NCBI GenBank assembly: GCA_965225945.1
Contig: CBDDBZ010000037.1
Span: forward strand, 394,860 to 458,859
Direction: 5' to 3'
Origin: Alphaproteobacteria bacterium
Lineage (GTDB): Bacteria > Pseudomonadota > Alphaproteobacteria > GCA-2731375
Length of the DNA stretch: 64,000 nt
Shown: piece after piece, positions 31,728-42,330 of the stretch
How the letters are laid out: each line of letters begins with the position of its first letter
How positions within the stretch are numbered: position 1 is the stretch's first letter
Notes under the pieces: generated by a model
Told to the model about the DNA's origin: nothing
The model's database searches: none
What the model saw: only the letters and a program-made list of their open reading frames with translations
Made by a program: the position numbers and the translations under genes

Positions 31728-32618
31728 ACCGAGGGCTAGCTGACCCGGTCCTCGCCCGTCAAAATTTGGAGCGGACCGATGAGGCTTGATGCTGGCGTCG
31801 GATTGCTACGAGAACGGACGACCGGTGTTCCGAAAACGCCGACGCTGGCGGTTTCAGACGACAAACGTGCCCCCGAATGCGCTGGAGTTGGATTCAATCC
31901 GCTTTCGGCTTGCTTACGGCACGCTCTATCGGATCCTACTGTCGGCTCCAAAGGACCAGATTTTCTTTATCTAAATCAGTTCTGTAAGTGGATATCTTAG
32001 GAATGAGGATGAGCCCTCATACTCAGGCTCTCCTGTCGTAAGTTGAGCAGTGGCCTCGAGACGAGGCCTTCAACTAGGTTACAGCGTCAGCCGCAGATGT
32101 ACAGCATCAAGCGGCACGCTGACAAACATATCGGACCTTCTCCGCCGTGTCGATACCGACAAGGGCTCCTCCTCGTAGGTCGCCTTGGCAACGAGCATCC
32201 TCGGAGCAACGAGCATCCTCGGATACCAGTTGCCCCTGCGGTCCACATGGGCGGAAGACTGCCAAGTCGTCTACTCCCTACACGGCTTCTTGTCGCCTGC
32301 ACCCATCCCCCGAAGGGTCGAGCAGGTTAACGTAACTACAACTACAGAATCAATTCAAGCTCCAAATTCGATCGACAGGTCAATCAGTTGGGGTTGTGGC
32401 GGACCGGCACCGCGACCCGAAAATCCCAGCTTTCTCCGGCTACACGGAAGCGAGTTCGGATGGACCGGTCGAATCCGCCGCATTGCCCGGCATGCGGCGA
32501 TATGCCGGCAGGCGCAAGCCGGGCGAGGACCGATCCGGCGCGGCCGTTTTTAAATCACCGCTCGTACCCGAATCGGTGCTCAGGGGAGAACCGTTGCATC
32601 GATACCCTTGGCGGAGCT

Positions 32619-32810
32619 TTAAGGCAGTATGTCCGCGCCGATGCTGGCGGCAACCCGGGCCGCCGATTCCTGCACCGAATCTCGCGCGAGATGGGCGTAG
32701 CGGGCCGTCGTCTGGATCTTGCTGTGACCAAGCAGCTTGCCGATCGTCGGCAGGCTCTCGCCCAGCGCCAGGGCACGTGAGGCGAAGCTGTGTCGTAGAT
32801 CGTGGCACTC
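32619..32810 (-). pseudogene. Tyrosine integrase C-terminal fragment
   Basis: HDLRHSFASRALALGESLPTIGKLLGHSKIQTTARYAHL. Confidence 0.85.
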
Positions 32811-33056
32811 TGAAAGGGTGATAGGTTCGGATGCTTCCGTGCTACAACGAGTGGTCAAAAACTATCATTCACAATAGGTTACCGCGTTTGAGAAAGCCTG
32901 CTTAGGGCTTGCATTTGCGTCACGGATGGACTCTCATACACTGGCATTGCACACCGTTTGGTATCTGGGTGTTCACGGAATTTCCAGCGGCCGGACGGCG
33001 GCGGCGGAATCCGGGCGGCGGTCCGTTCGGTCACGGGGGGAATGGGAGAGCGGCGC

Positions 33057-33929
33057 ATGCCTCGAAAGAGCACTCTCAAGCTGAGCAGGCGCGTGGTCGA
33101 GGCGCTCGCGGTCGAAAGCGGCGACCGGGTGTTCTACGACCGCGACCTCACCGGGTTCGGTGTGCGGGTCCATGCCAGCGGGCGCAAGGTCTATGTGGTC
33201 CACGCGCGGGCGCCGGGTGGGGCGCTGAAGCGCGCCGCGATCGGCCGGAAGGTCGATATCACCGTCGAGGATGCGCGGCGTGTGGCCGCGGAGGTCATCG
33301 ACCGGCTGAAGAAGGGCGAGGAGGCGTTTCCGGAGCCGGCCGCGCCCGAGCCGACCGTGGCCGACCTGGCGGAGCGCTATGTCGAGGCGCATCTGGAGGT
33401 GAACTGCCGGCCGGGGACGGTCGAGACCTTCGGGCGAATCCTCCGGCTCTACATTCTGCCCGAGTTCGGCCACATGCCGCTCTCGGCGGTCGAGCGGGGC
33501 CACGTCGCGGCGCTGCATCACAAGATGCGCGACAAGCCCTACCAGGCGAACCAGACGCGGGACGTGCTGGCGAAGATGTTCAAGCTCGCGGCGGCGTGGG
33601 GGATGACGCCGCCCAGGCGCAATCCGGCGCTGTCGATTCGCAGATATAAAGAGTATCGCCGCGAGCGGTTCCTGTCTGCGGACGAGTACCGGCGGCTGGC
33701 GCGGGTGCTGAACGAGGCGGAAGCCGACGGGTCGGTGTTCCCGACGGCGATCCCGGCGATTCTCCTGCTGATCCTGACCGGCTGCCGCAAGAACGAGATC
33801 GTCACGCTCAGGTGGGACGACATCGACCGCACCGCGGGCGAGCTGCTGCTGCGCGACGGTAAGACAGGCGTTAATTTCCTTCCCCGATGCCAGTCGACGT
33901 CCATTCAGTGCCAAACGATGCCTAACTGA
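33057..33929 (+). pseudogene. Tyrosine integrase truncated after the catalytic Lys (lacks HxxR, H and Y)
   Basis: YDRDLTGFGVRV...GCRKNEI...DGKTG, then unrelated sequence from about 33870. Confidence 0.88.
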
Positions 33930-34024
33930 CCGTATCGTTTAGGTTTTTTGTCCCGCCGTCGTTCCCGACCCCTTGAATTGATGCCACACCTACCCTAAGC
34001 TACCCCCACGGATTGATGCCGCAC
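33886..34024 (+). repeat. GATGCC repeats including ATTGATGCCRCAC x2; putative arm/att sites
   Basis: gatgcc at 33886 and 33917; attgatgccacac at 33977; attgatgccgcac at 34012. Confidence 0.45.
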
Positions 34025-34089
34025 GTTTGCGGCTTGATTACACGCTCCGGTCCCTCAGCTCGGGTCCGGGCTTCGCGTCGGGGATCGCC

Positions 34090-35274
34090 ATGCCGAAGAG
34101 AAGCACCCTCCGCCTCACCACCCGCAGCGTCGCCGCCCTGCCGGTCACCGGCAAGGACGCCGTCTACTGGGACCGCGATCTCGCCGGCTTCGGCGTCCGC
34201 GTCCAGCGCAACGGACGCAAGGTCTACGTCGTCCAGTCCCGCGGACCCGCCGGCCTCCACCGGGTGACGCTCGGACCCTGCGCGGGGGTGGCGATCGACA
34301 AGAGGCGCCGCGAGGCGGCCACCATCATCGACCGCATCAAGCGCGGCCTGGATCCGGTTCCGCCGGAGCCCGAGCCCGAACCCACCGTGGCCGATCTCGC
34401 CGCGCGGTGCATGCGCGCCTATGTGAAGGTCCATTGCAAGCCGAAGACCGAGAAGCTCTACCGCACCGCCATCGACCGGCACATCGTTCCGGCGCTCGGA
34501 ACCATGGCGGTGAAGGACGTCCGCTCGAAGGATGTCATCGCGCTCCATGACCGCCTCCGCAACACCCCGTCGATGGCCAACCACGTCGTCGCGATGCTGT
34601 CGAAGATGTTCTCGCTGGCCGAGACCTGGGACGTGGTGCCCCGGGGCCGCAATCCCTGCAAGGCGGTGAGCCACTACCGCGAGCAGCCCCGGGAACGGTT
34701 CCTGACCCCCGAGGAGTACCGGAGCGTCGGCGCGGCGCTCAGGGAAGCGGAAGCCGGGGGCTGGATGTGGCGGCCGGCGATCGCGGCGATCCGGCTGCTC
34801 ATGCTGACCGGCTGCCGCAAGTCCGAAATCCTCACCCTGCGCTGGGACGACGTGGACCGCACGGCGGGCGAGTTCCGGCTCCGCGACGGCAAGCGGGGCC
34901 CGCGCATGGTGCCGCTGACGACGCCGGCTCTGAAGGTGCTCGACGGCATCGAACGGGTCGAGGGCAATCCCTGGGTCATCCGGAGCAAGAAGCCCGGCGC
35001 CTGCCTGCCGGATCTCACCTACTACTGGAACCGCATCCAGGTGCATGCCGGACTGGACGGCGTGCGCGTCCATGATCTCCGACACTCCCACGCCTCCCGG
35101 GCGCTCGCGCTCGGCGAGAGCCTGACCATGATCGGCCGGATTCTCGGGCACTCCAAGGTCGGCACCACCGCCCGCTACGCCCATCTCGTGCACGACGCCG
35201 AGAAGGCCGCCGCCGCACGCACCGGCGACAGCATCGGCGCCCACCTGGCGCCGCAAGACGCCGAGGCGGCGTAG
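34090..35274 (+). CDS. Tyrosine integrase (arm-binding domain), intact
   Basis: WDRDLAGFGVRV, GCRKSEI, DGKRG, HDLRH, LGH...TTARY. Confidence 0.93.
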   Translation: MPKRSTLRLTTRSVAALPVTGKDAVYWDRDLAGFGVRVQRNGRKVYVVQSRGPAGLHRVTLGPCAGVAIDKRRREAATIIDRIKRGLDPVPPEPEPEPTVADLAARCMRAYVKVHCKPKTEKLYRTAIDRHIVPALGTMAVKDVRSKDVIALHDRLRNTPSMANHVVAMLSKMFSLAETWDVVPRGRNPCKAVSHYREQPRERFLTPEEYRSVGAALREAEAGGWMWRPAIAAIRLLMLTGCRKSEILTLRWDDVDRTAGEFRLRDGKRGPRMVPLTTPALKVLDGIERVEGNPWVIRSKKPGACLPDLTYYWNRIQVHAGLDGVRVHDLRHSHASRALALGESLTMIGRILGHSKVGTTARYAHLVHDAEKAAAARTGDSIGAHLAPQDAEAA

Positions 35275-35288
35275 GGGAGGCGCGGGCG

Positions 35289-36485
35289 ATGGCGGTACTG
35301 CAATACAAGACGCTCTCCAACCGCACGGTGGCGGCGCTGAGCGTCGAACGCGACACGGTGTTCTGGGATCGCGAGCTCACCGGCTTCGGGGTCAGGGTCT
35401 ATCCCAGCGGCGGCAAAGTCTTCGTCGCCCAGACGCGCGGTCCGGACGGGCCGAACAAGCCGAACAAGCCAAGGCGGATAACGGTCGGCCGCCACCCGGT
35501 GCTCAGCGCCGAGCAGGCGCGCCAGCGGGCCGCGCTCATCATCGCGCGGGTCAAGGCCGGGGAGGACCCGGTTCCCCTTCCGCTCCCGGCGAAGTACGCA
35601 GGCGGCCCGACGGTGACCGACCTGGCCAACCGCTATCTCCAAGAGCATGTCGCTGTCCGCTGCAAGCCGAAGACGCAGCGGACGGCCCGCAGCGTCGTCA
35701 ACCGCCACATCGTGCCGGCGCTCGGCAAACTGCCGATCGCCGCGGTCGAACGCCGACACGTCATGGCGCTGCACGAGAGCCTGTGCGAGACCCCCGCAAT
35801 GGCGAATATGGCGGTCGAGACCCTGCGCCACATGTACGCGCTCGCCAGGGGCTGGGACATGGCGCCGGAGGACTGCGACGATCCCTGCGAGTTCATCCCG
35901 ATGAACCCCAAGCGGAAACGGGAGCGGTTCCTGACCGACACGGAGTTCACCCGCCTCGGGCACGTGCTCGACGAAGTCTCGGGCAAGGGCAGCCGGATAT
36001 CCGCCGGCGCGATCGCGACGATCCGCCTGCTGATGCTGACGGGCTGCCGCCGAAACGAAATCCTGACTCTGCGCTGGGAGCACGTCGATCTCGACAAGGC
36101 CGAGATGCGCATCGTCGACGGAAAGACGGGCGCCCGCACGGTCCACTTGTCGCCGTCGGCGGTCCGCGTCCTCAAGACCCTGCCGCGCAAGCCCGGCAGT
36201 CTCTGGGTCATTCCGGGAGCCAAGCCGGGCACGCACATGACCGACATCGACGGGGCGTGGGCGTCGATCCGCGTGCGGGCCGGGCTCCACGACGTGCGCA
36301 TCCATGACATCCGGCACAGCTTCGCCTCGCGGGCGCTCGCACTCGGTGAGGGCCTGCCGATCATCGGCCGGCTGCTCGGTCACCGCCGGGTCGAGACGAC
36401 CGCGCGCTATGCGCACCTTGCGCGCGACTCGATCAGGGAATCCGCCGAGCGAATCGCCGTCAGCATCGTCGCCGACATCCTCTAG
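35289..36485 (+). CDS. Tyrosine integrase (arm-binding domain), intact, 14 bp downstream of its paralog
   Basis: WDRELTGFGVRV, GCRRNEI, DGKTG, HDIRH, LGH...TTARY; GGGGAGG RBS. Confidence 0.93.
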   Translation: MAVLQYKTLSNRTVAALSVERDTVFWDRELTGFGVRVYPSGGKVFVAQTRGPDGPNKPNKPRRITVGRHPVLSAEQARQRAALIIARVKAGEDPVPLPLPAKYAGGPTVTDLANRYLQEHVAVRCKPKTQRTARSVVNRHIVPALGKLPIAAVERRHVMALHESLCETPAMANMAVETLRHMYALARGWDMAPEDCDDPCEFIPMNPKRKRERFLTDTEFTRLGHVLDEVSGKGSRISAGAIATIRLLMLTGCRRNEILTLRWEHVDLDKAEMRIVDGKTGARTVHLSPSAVRVLKTLPRKPGSLWVIPGAKPGTHMTDIDGAWASIRVRAGLHDVRIHDIRHSFASRALALGEGLPIIGRLLGHRRVETTARYAHLARDSIRESAERIAVSIVADIL

Positions 36486-37090
36486 CCGCTTCAATTCCGG
36501 TGACCCGAGCCACGTTCATGCTAGATTTGCCAGAATGGCCGAAACCGGATGCAGGTCACCGGATAACCGATTACTTTTGCGGTATTTCCCGATAGCGAGA
36601 GAATCGGATCCCGGCGCTCTCGTCTTCGTACCGCAAGCAGCCGGATTCAAACTCGCGTCCCTGCTTGACCTCGTTTGGCGCTACCATCCGCCAATCACGT
36701 GGTCGTCTCGTATTCTCTGCGCCTCGTTCAAGGCGATTTGGGCGAGCCACCTCAGAGAGAACCTTGACTTGGGGCTGGTTGCGGGGGCTCGCAACCACCG
36801 ATACCGACATTTGATCGAAGTCCCGGTCTGAACCATCTCAACCTATTGATCTAACGCAAGGAATCGTATCGCCATCCCGCCGCAAGTGTCAATGGCAGCC
36901 GGCTGATGCGCAAGTGCGGGCCCGGATTAGGCCGGCAGCACACGGCACAACAATCGGACTAATTCGCAGACCACAGTGTCAGCAGCTGTCTTCTCCACGC
37001 CACAACGGATCCAGCCGCGATCGGCGAGTGAGGTCAAAGGCGGCGGCAAAGCGGTCGTAACAAGGTTCTGGATTTTCATCGCGTTCGACC

Positions 37091-37582
37091 TCACCGATCG
37101 AGACGGACACGGAGCCGCCTAGCACGCTCACGGAAGGCAGCCTCGCCACCCTCGAGGATATCGCAGACAGCCTTGCGAATTGCTGCGTTTTCCAACCCAC
37201 CTGCCGCGTAGCTGATCGGCGGAAGGCCACCTGACGGATGCGGGCCTGCTTCGGCCACGATGATCTGATCCGCGTCGGTGTTGATGACGAGGTTCGCGTT
37301 GTGCGTCACCATTATCACCTGGCGCTTCGCCTTGGCCGCAATGAAGAGCGCGACCAGCTCGTCGAAGACAGACTTCGGATCGAGGTTCTCTTCGGGCTGG
37401 TCGATGATCAACGGTCGATCGTCTGAATCGTCGAGCGCAAGGTAGAGCAGCAGCAGCACGATACCGCGCGTTCCGGGCGAGAGCTTGCGGATGTCAACGC
37501 CGTCATATGAAATCTCGTACCGCACGGTGATGTGGTCGGTGCCGAAAAGCCAGTGCGCGAACTGTTTCGACCAGGCTCGGAA
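37091..37582 (-). pseudogene. C-terminal fragment of a TrlF/Ppl-like ABC ATPase
   Basis: KLSPGTRGIVLLLLYL, PLIIDQPEENLD, QVIMVTHNANLV, ILEGG.AAFRER; N-terminus replaced by IS21. Confidence 0.75.
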
Positions 37583-38903
37583 TACCGGCATCATCGACCA
37601 GATCCTGGAAGATGACAAAAGCGAGTAGAAGAAGCAGCGCCATACCTGCAAACGCATTTTCGAATGGTTGCGCGACGAGCATGGTTATAGCGGTGGCATC
37701 ACCATCGTGACGGACTATGTCCGGGCCCGGAAGCGCCTGGGCAAAGAGGTTTTTGTGCCGCTGGCCCATGACCCCGGCCATGCCCAGGTCGACTTCGGCG
37801 AAGCCTGGGCGACCATAGCCGGTGTTAGACGGAAGGTTCACTATTTTGCCTTGGACCTGCCCCACAGCGATGCCTGTTTTGTCAAAGCCTATCCGGCGGA
37901 AACCACGGAGGCTTTCTGCGACGGCCATGTCGCCGCCTTTGGCTTCTTTAGCGGCATACCCCTCTCGATCCTCTATGACAACACGACACTGGCTGTCGCC
38001 AAGATCAAGAAAGACGGCAAGCGGGTCCGCACGAAGACCTTTACCAAGCTACAGTCACATTACTTGTTCCAGGACAAGTTTGCCCGCCCCGCCAAGGGCA
38101 ATGAAAAAGGTAAGGTGGAAGGGCTGATCGGCTATGTGCGGCGCAATTACCTTGTCCCCATTCCTCGTTTTGATAGTTTTGATGCCCTGAATGCCTGGCT
38201 TGAGGAACAATGCTTGAAGCGCCAGGGCGATCAATTGCGCGGCCATGGGGAAACCATCGAAGCGCGTCTGATGCGGGATCTGGATACCCTGATGGCGCTG
38301 CCCGCCACGCCTTATGATGCCTGCGAACAGGTCAGCACATCGGCCAATTCCATCTCGATGGTGCGCTATCGCAACAATGACTACTCGGTGCCGGTGGCCT
38401 ATGCCCATCATGAGGTTCGGGTGCGGGGCTATGTTCACCAGGTCGTCATCGGCTGTGGCGCGGAGATTATCGCCCGCCACCCCCGTTCTTATGAGAAAGG
38501 GGACATGGTCTTTGACCCGATGCACTTTCTGCCGCTGCTTGAGCAAAAGGTCGGTGCACTGGATCAGGCGGCGCCATTGAAAGGCTGGGACCTGGGTGTG
38601 GAATTTGCCACCCTGCACCGGCTTCTGGAAGCTCGCATGGGCAAGGCCGGCAAACGTGAATATGTCCAGGTTCTGCGCCTGATGGAAAACTTCGAGATGG
38701 GGGACGTGCATGGCGCCGTCAGGCAGGCACTGAACATGGGCGCCATTGGTTACGATGCGGTCAAGCATCTACTGCTCTGCCGCATTCAAAAGCGACCGCC
38801 AAGGCTGGACCTGGATATTTATCCCTACCTACCCAGGGCCAGTGTCGAGACAACAAAGCCAGCGGCCTACATGAACCTCCTGGCGGAGGAGGCAGCCCCA
38901 TGA
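37583..38903 (+). pseudogene. istA: IstA transposase, N-terminally truncated
   Basis: PGHAQVDFGEA, ILYDN, GNEKGKVEG, VRYRNNDYSVP. Confidence 0.85.
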
Positions 38904-39673
38904 GCGAGGCCCCCGAACTCCTCCTGCATCATCATCTGAAAAAGCTGCGCCTGCCGACCTTCCTCTCCGATTATGAAAAACTGGCGAAACAATGCGCCGC
39001 TCAAAACAGGGACCATGTGCAGTATCTGCTTCGTCTGTCGGAGCTGGAACTGATCGAACGGGAGCGGCGCATGATCGAACGGCGGATCAGGGCGGCCCGG
39101 TTCGGGGCGGTGAAAAGCCTGGACAGCTTCGACTTCAAAGCCATGGCTTCCCTCAACAAACCTTTAGTGATGGAACTGGCGCGTTGCCAATATATCGAGG
39201 CCAGGGAGAACGTCATCGCCCTTGGTCCCTCCGGCACCGGCAAAACCCATATTGCCCTTGGCCTCGGCTTGGCGGCCTGCCAAAAGGGCCTGAAGGTCCG
39301 CTTTATCACCGCCGCCGCCCTGGTTCACGAACTGATGGAAGCGGGTGATGAGCGGCGTCTTTTGCGCCTGCAAAAACAACTGGCCAGCCAGCATCTGTTG
39401 ATCATCGATGAACTCGGCTTCGTGCCGCTGTCTAAAACCGGCGCCGAACTTCTGTTCGAAACCATCTCGCAGTGTTACGAACGCGGCTCGGTGATTATCA
39501 CCTCCAATTTGCCGTTCGATGAATGGACGGAAATCTTCGGTTCCGAACGCCTGACCGGAGCGTTGCTGGATCGCCTGACCCACCATGTCCACATTCTGGA
39601 AATGAACGGCGAGAGCTATCGCCTCAAACAGAGCCAAAAACGGCGGAATTCCCCAAAAACCGAGCCGTCCTGA
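38900..39673 (+). CDS. istB: IS21 helper ATPase IstB
   Basis: [36 protein letters not shown]. Confidence 0.95.
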   Translation: MSEAPELLLHHHLKKLRLPTFLSDYEKLAKQCAAQNRDHVQYLLRLSELELIERERRMIERRIRAARFGAVKSLDSFDFKAMASLNKPLVMELARCQYIEARENVIALGPSGTGKTHIALGLGLAACQKGLKVRFITAAALVHELMEAGDERRLLRLQKQLASQHLLIIDELGFVPLSKTGAELLFETISQCYERGSVIITSNLPFDEWTEIFGSERLTGALLDRLTHHVHILEMNGESYRLKQSQKRRNSPKTEPS

Positions 39674-39887
39674 ACGCCGAGACCGTGGTTGCCCCGGCGG
39701 GCCCACAGGGACCTCCCACGCTGCTTCGCTCCGCGTAACGCTAAAGCGCTACACGAAGCAGCGCGGGTCCCTCCTATGGATTGCCGGGACAACCGGCAAC
39801 ACCGTATCCGGCATCAACAAGTGGCCCCTTTTTACTCCGGCGCCATGGCCCGAATTTACTCCGGCGTTGACACCTATGCCTGCATTA

Positions 39888-41054
39888 ATACCACCGAGCG
39901 GAATGCCTGACTCACGTTGGGGATTCCCAAGCGGTCCGATCTCTGACTCAATGTGGTGAACCAATGAGGTTCGCCATGGCAGCGCCTATCGACTTACGGA
40001 ACGATTTTGACAGCGTCTCACTGCGGCGCCTCGCGAAGAGGACCAGGGACGCGACCCAGAGCCGTCGTCTGCTGGCGTTGGCCGAGGTCTACGATGGTGG
40101 CAGCAGGACGGATGCGTCGCGGATCGGCGGCGTCGGTCTGCAGATCATTCGCGACTGGGTGCTGCGCTTCAACGCCCGCGGACCGGACGGGCTGGTCGAT
40201 GGGAAGTCACCGGGCGCACCCTCGAAGCTCAACGCCGATCACCGCCGCGCACTGGCGGAGGTTGTTGAGGCCGGCCCGGTCCCGGCGGTCGACGGCGTCG
40301 TGCGCTGGCGGCGCAAGGACCTGGCGCGGTGGCTCTTGGAGACGTTCGCCATCTCGCTCGACGAGACCACGGTCGGGCGCGAGTTGAAGGCGCTCGGCTT
40401 CGCCAAGATCTCGGCGCGGCCGCGCCACTACGCGCAAAACGAGCTGGCCGTCGAGGCTTTTAAAAAAAAACTTCCCCGCCGAACTGGCGAAGATCCGGGC
40501 GAGGCTCCCGAAAGGCGTCGAGATAGAGCTGTGGTGGCAAGATGAAGCCCGCATCGGCCAGAAGAATAAGCTCACACGCCGATGGGCCAGACGTGGCACG
40601 CGCCCGCGGGCGCCCCGCGACCAGCGCACCGAATGGGCCTATATCTTCGGCGCGATCTGTCCCGCGAAGGGGAAAGGCGCCGGGCTGGTCATGCCCTGGT
40701 GCGACACCGACGCCATGGCGGCGCACCTCATCGAGATCAGTGCCGCCGTCGATCCCGGCGCCCATGCGGTGCTGATCGTCGATCAGGCCGGTTGGCACTT
40801 GACGCCCAAGCTGGCGATCCCCGACAACATCACCGTCCTGGCGCTGCCGCCACGATCGCCCGAGTTGAACCCGGTGGAGAATGTCTGGCAATTCATGCGC
40901 GACAACTGGTTGTCGAACCGGATCTTCAAATCCTACGAAGACATCGTCGCGCTGTGCTGCCAAGCCTGGAACAACCTCATCGACCAACCATGGAAGATCA
41001 TGTCCCTCGGCATGCGCAAATGGGCGCATGGGTTCTGATCAATGACCGTTGGTA
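39888..41054 (+). mobile_element. IS630 family element; transposase 39976-41038 split at an A9 run
   Basis: TA at 39886-39887 and 41055-41056; HTH OrfA, then WWQDEARIGQK...VDQAGWH...SPELNPVENVW in another frame after ttttaaaaaaaaac. Confidence 0.88.
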
Positions 41055-41292
41055 TAACTCCAAGCGTTGTGATTTTGTCATCGTTGACGCAACCGGTTAC
41101 CCCGTCTTGGCCATCGAATACCAGGGAACCGGGCATTTCACCCCGGATGCTTTTGAAAGGGATTACGTCAAACAACAAGCGCTTGAGAGCGCCGGCGTTC
41201 GCCTTGTTGAAGTGTTCGACAACTTTCGCTGGGATGACGTGCAGACGCAGCTCGAGACGGCGGTGGGGACGCAAAAGAAAATGTTTGCTTAG
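41055..41292 (+). pseudogene. DUF2726 (PD-(D/E)XK-like) C-terminal fragment
   Basis: YACI|IS630|NSKRCDFVIVD...VLAIEYQGTGH....ERDYVKQQALESAGVRLVEV; the rest was lost at the IS21 end. Confidence 0.7.
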
Positions 41293-41296
41293 CTTA

Positions 41297-42265
41297 GAGT
41301 CCGTCCGGAGACTTTATGTAGGATTACAGAGTTTTCGGAGCATGAGTCGAATGGACGCGAGCTTGATGAAGGCGAGCGCGTTGCGGTTGAGGTTCTCCCA
41401 GTCCTTGGCCAGTCGGCGGCAGCGGTTGAGCCAGGCGATGGTGCGTTCGACCACCCAACGCCTGGGCTGGACGACGAAGCCCTTCACCCGATCGGATCGC
41501 TTGACGATCTCGGTCTCGAGATCGGGCAGGATGCCGGCCAGGGCGCGGTGAAAGACCGGCCCCTGATAGGCGCTGTCGGCGAACAATTTCCCGAGAAAGG
41601 GAAACAGACCGAACAAGGTCGCCAGCAGCGCGAGACCGCCGTCGCGATCCTGAACGTCGGCGGCGGTGACGATGCCGTGCAGCAGCAAGCCTTGCGTATC
41701 GACCAGAACATGCCGCTTCTTGCCCTTGATCAGCTTGCCGGCATCGAAGCCGTGGCTGTCGATGCGAGCCCCCCTTTTTCAGCGCTTTTCACACTCTGAC
41801 TGTCGATGATGCAGGCCGTGGGGCTGGCTTCGCGCGCGGCTTTCTCGCGGCACTTGAGGTAGAGCGCATGATGGATGCGATCCAGCGTGCCGTCCCAGTT
41901 CCACAGGCCGAGGTAATCATGCACGGTGCTTCTGGGCGGCAAATCCTTGGGCAGCGCGCGCCACTGGCAGCCGGTGCTCAGAATGTACATCACGCCGTTG
42001 ATCACCTCGCGGATAGCGACGCGCCGTTTGCCGCCGCCGGGCTTGCCCGGCGGGATCAGCGGCTCGATATGCGCCCATTCCGCATCGGTCAGGTCGCTCG
42101 GATAACGCAGTTTGTCGCGGTTGTAGCGCGGGCGGTTGTCGGCAGTCCACATGGGGCACCTCAAGAGCAAATTCACCACCCCAGAGAATCACAGCTGATT
42201 CAGCTCTTCAAGAGGGGCCGCCGGATAACCGATTCATCCGACTCATAAAGTCCCCGGACGGACAC
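41297..42265 (-). mobile_element. IS5 family element (IS1031-like), copy 1
   Basis: IRs GAGTCCGTCCGGAGACTTTATG / CATAAAGTCCCCGGACGGACAC; TTA TSD; transposase split at AAAAAGGGGGG (YPSDLTDAEW, IIDSQSVK, RWVVERTIAWL). Confidence 0.95.
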
Positions 42266-42330
42266 TTAACCTCGTGTCCACGAAACCGGCAGCTGGCCAA
42301 AATGGAATATTACTCATCAAGATGAGGGCG

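Larger units (their letters stand above)
37583..39872 (+). mobile_element. IS21 family element, 5'-truncated
   Basis: Right end tttttactccggcgccatggcccgaatttactccggcgttgaca; istA lacks its N-terminal HTH. Confidence 0.85.

Noticed and set aside
32188-32223. 18-bp tandem repeat gcaacgagcatcctcgga x2 as a CRISPR or regulatory array
   Set aside because: Only two adjacent copies with no spacer and no cas genes; a simple slippage duplication. No CRISPR array was seen in the window.
9700-33929. Integrase fragments at 33057-33868, about 9810-9998 and 32619-32810 tiling into one scrambled gene
   Set aside because: The 9.8-kb piece is much more decayed, is closest to the 18860 integrase and seems to retain its own degenerate C-terminus, so the tiling is probably coincidental.
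33057-36485. RIT (recombinase-in-trio) element
   Set aside because: These are about 390-aa arm-domain phage-type integrases rather than RitA/B/C types; the first is truncated and no terminal IRs were seen.
40582-41292. 236-aa ORF spanning the IS630 end
   Set aside because: Out-of-frame IS sequence read into the DUF2726 remnant.
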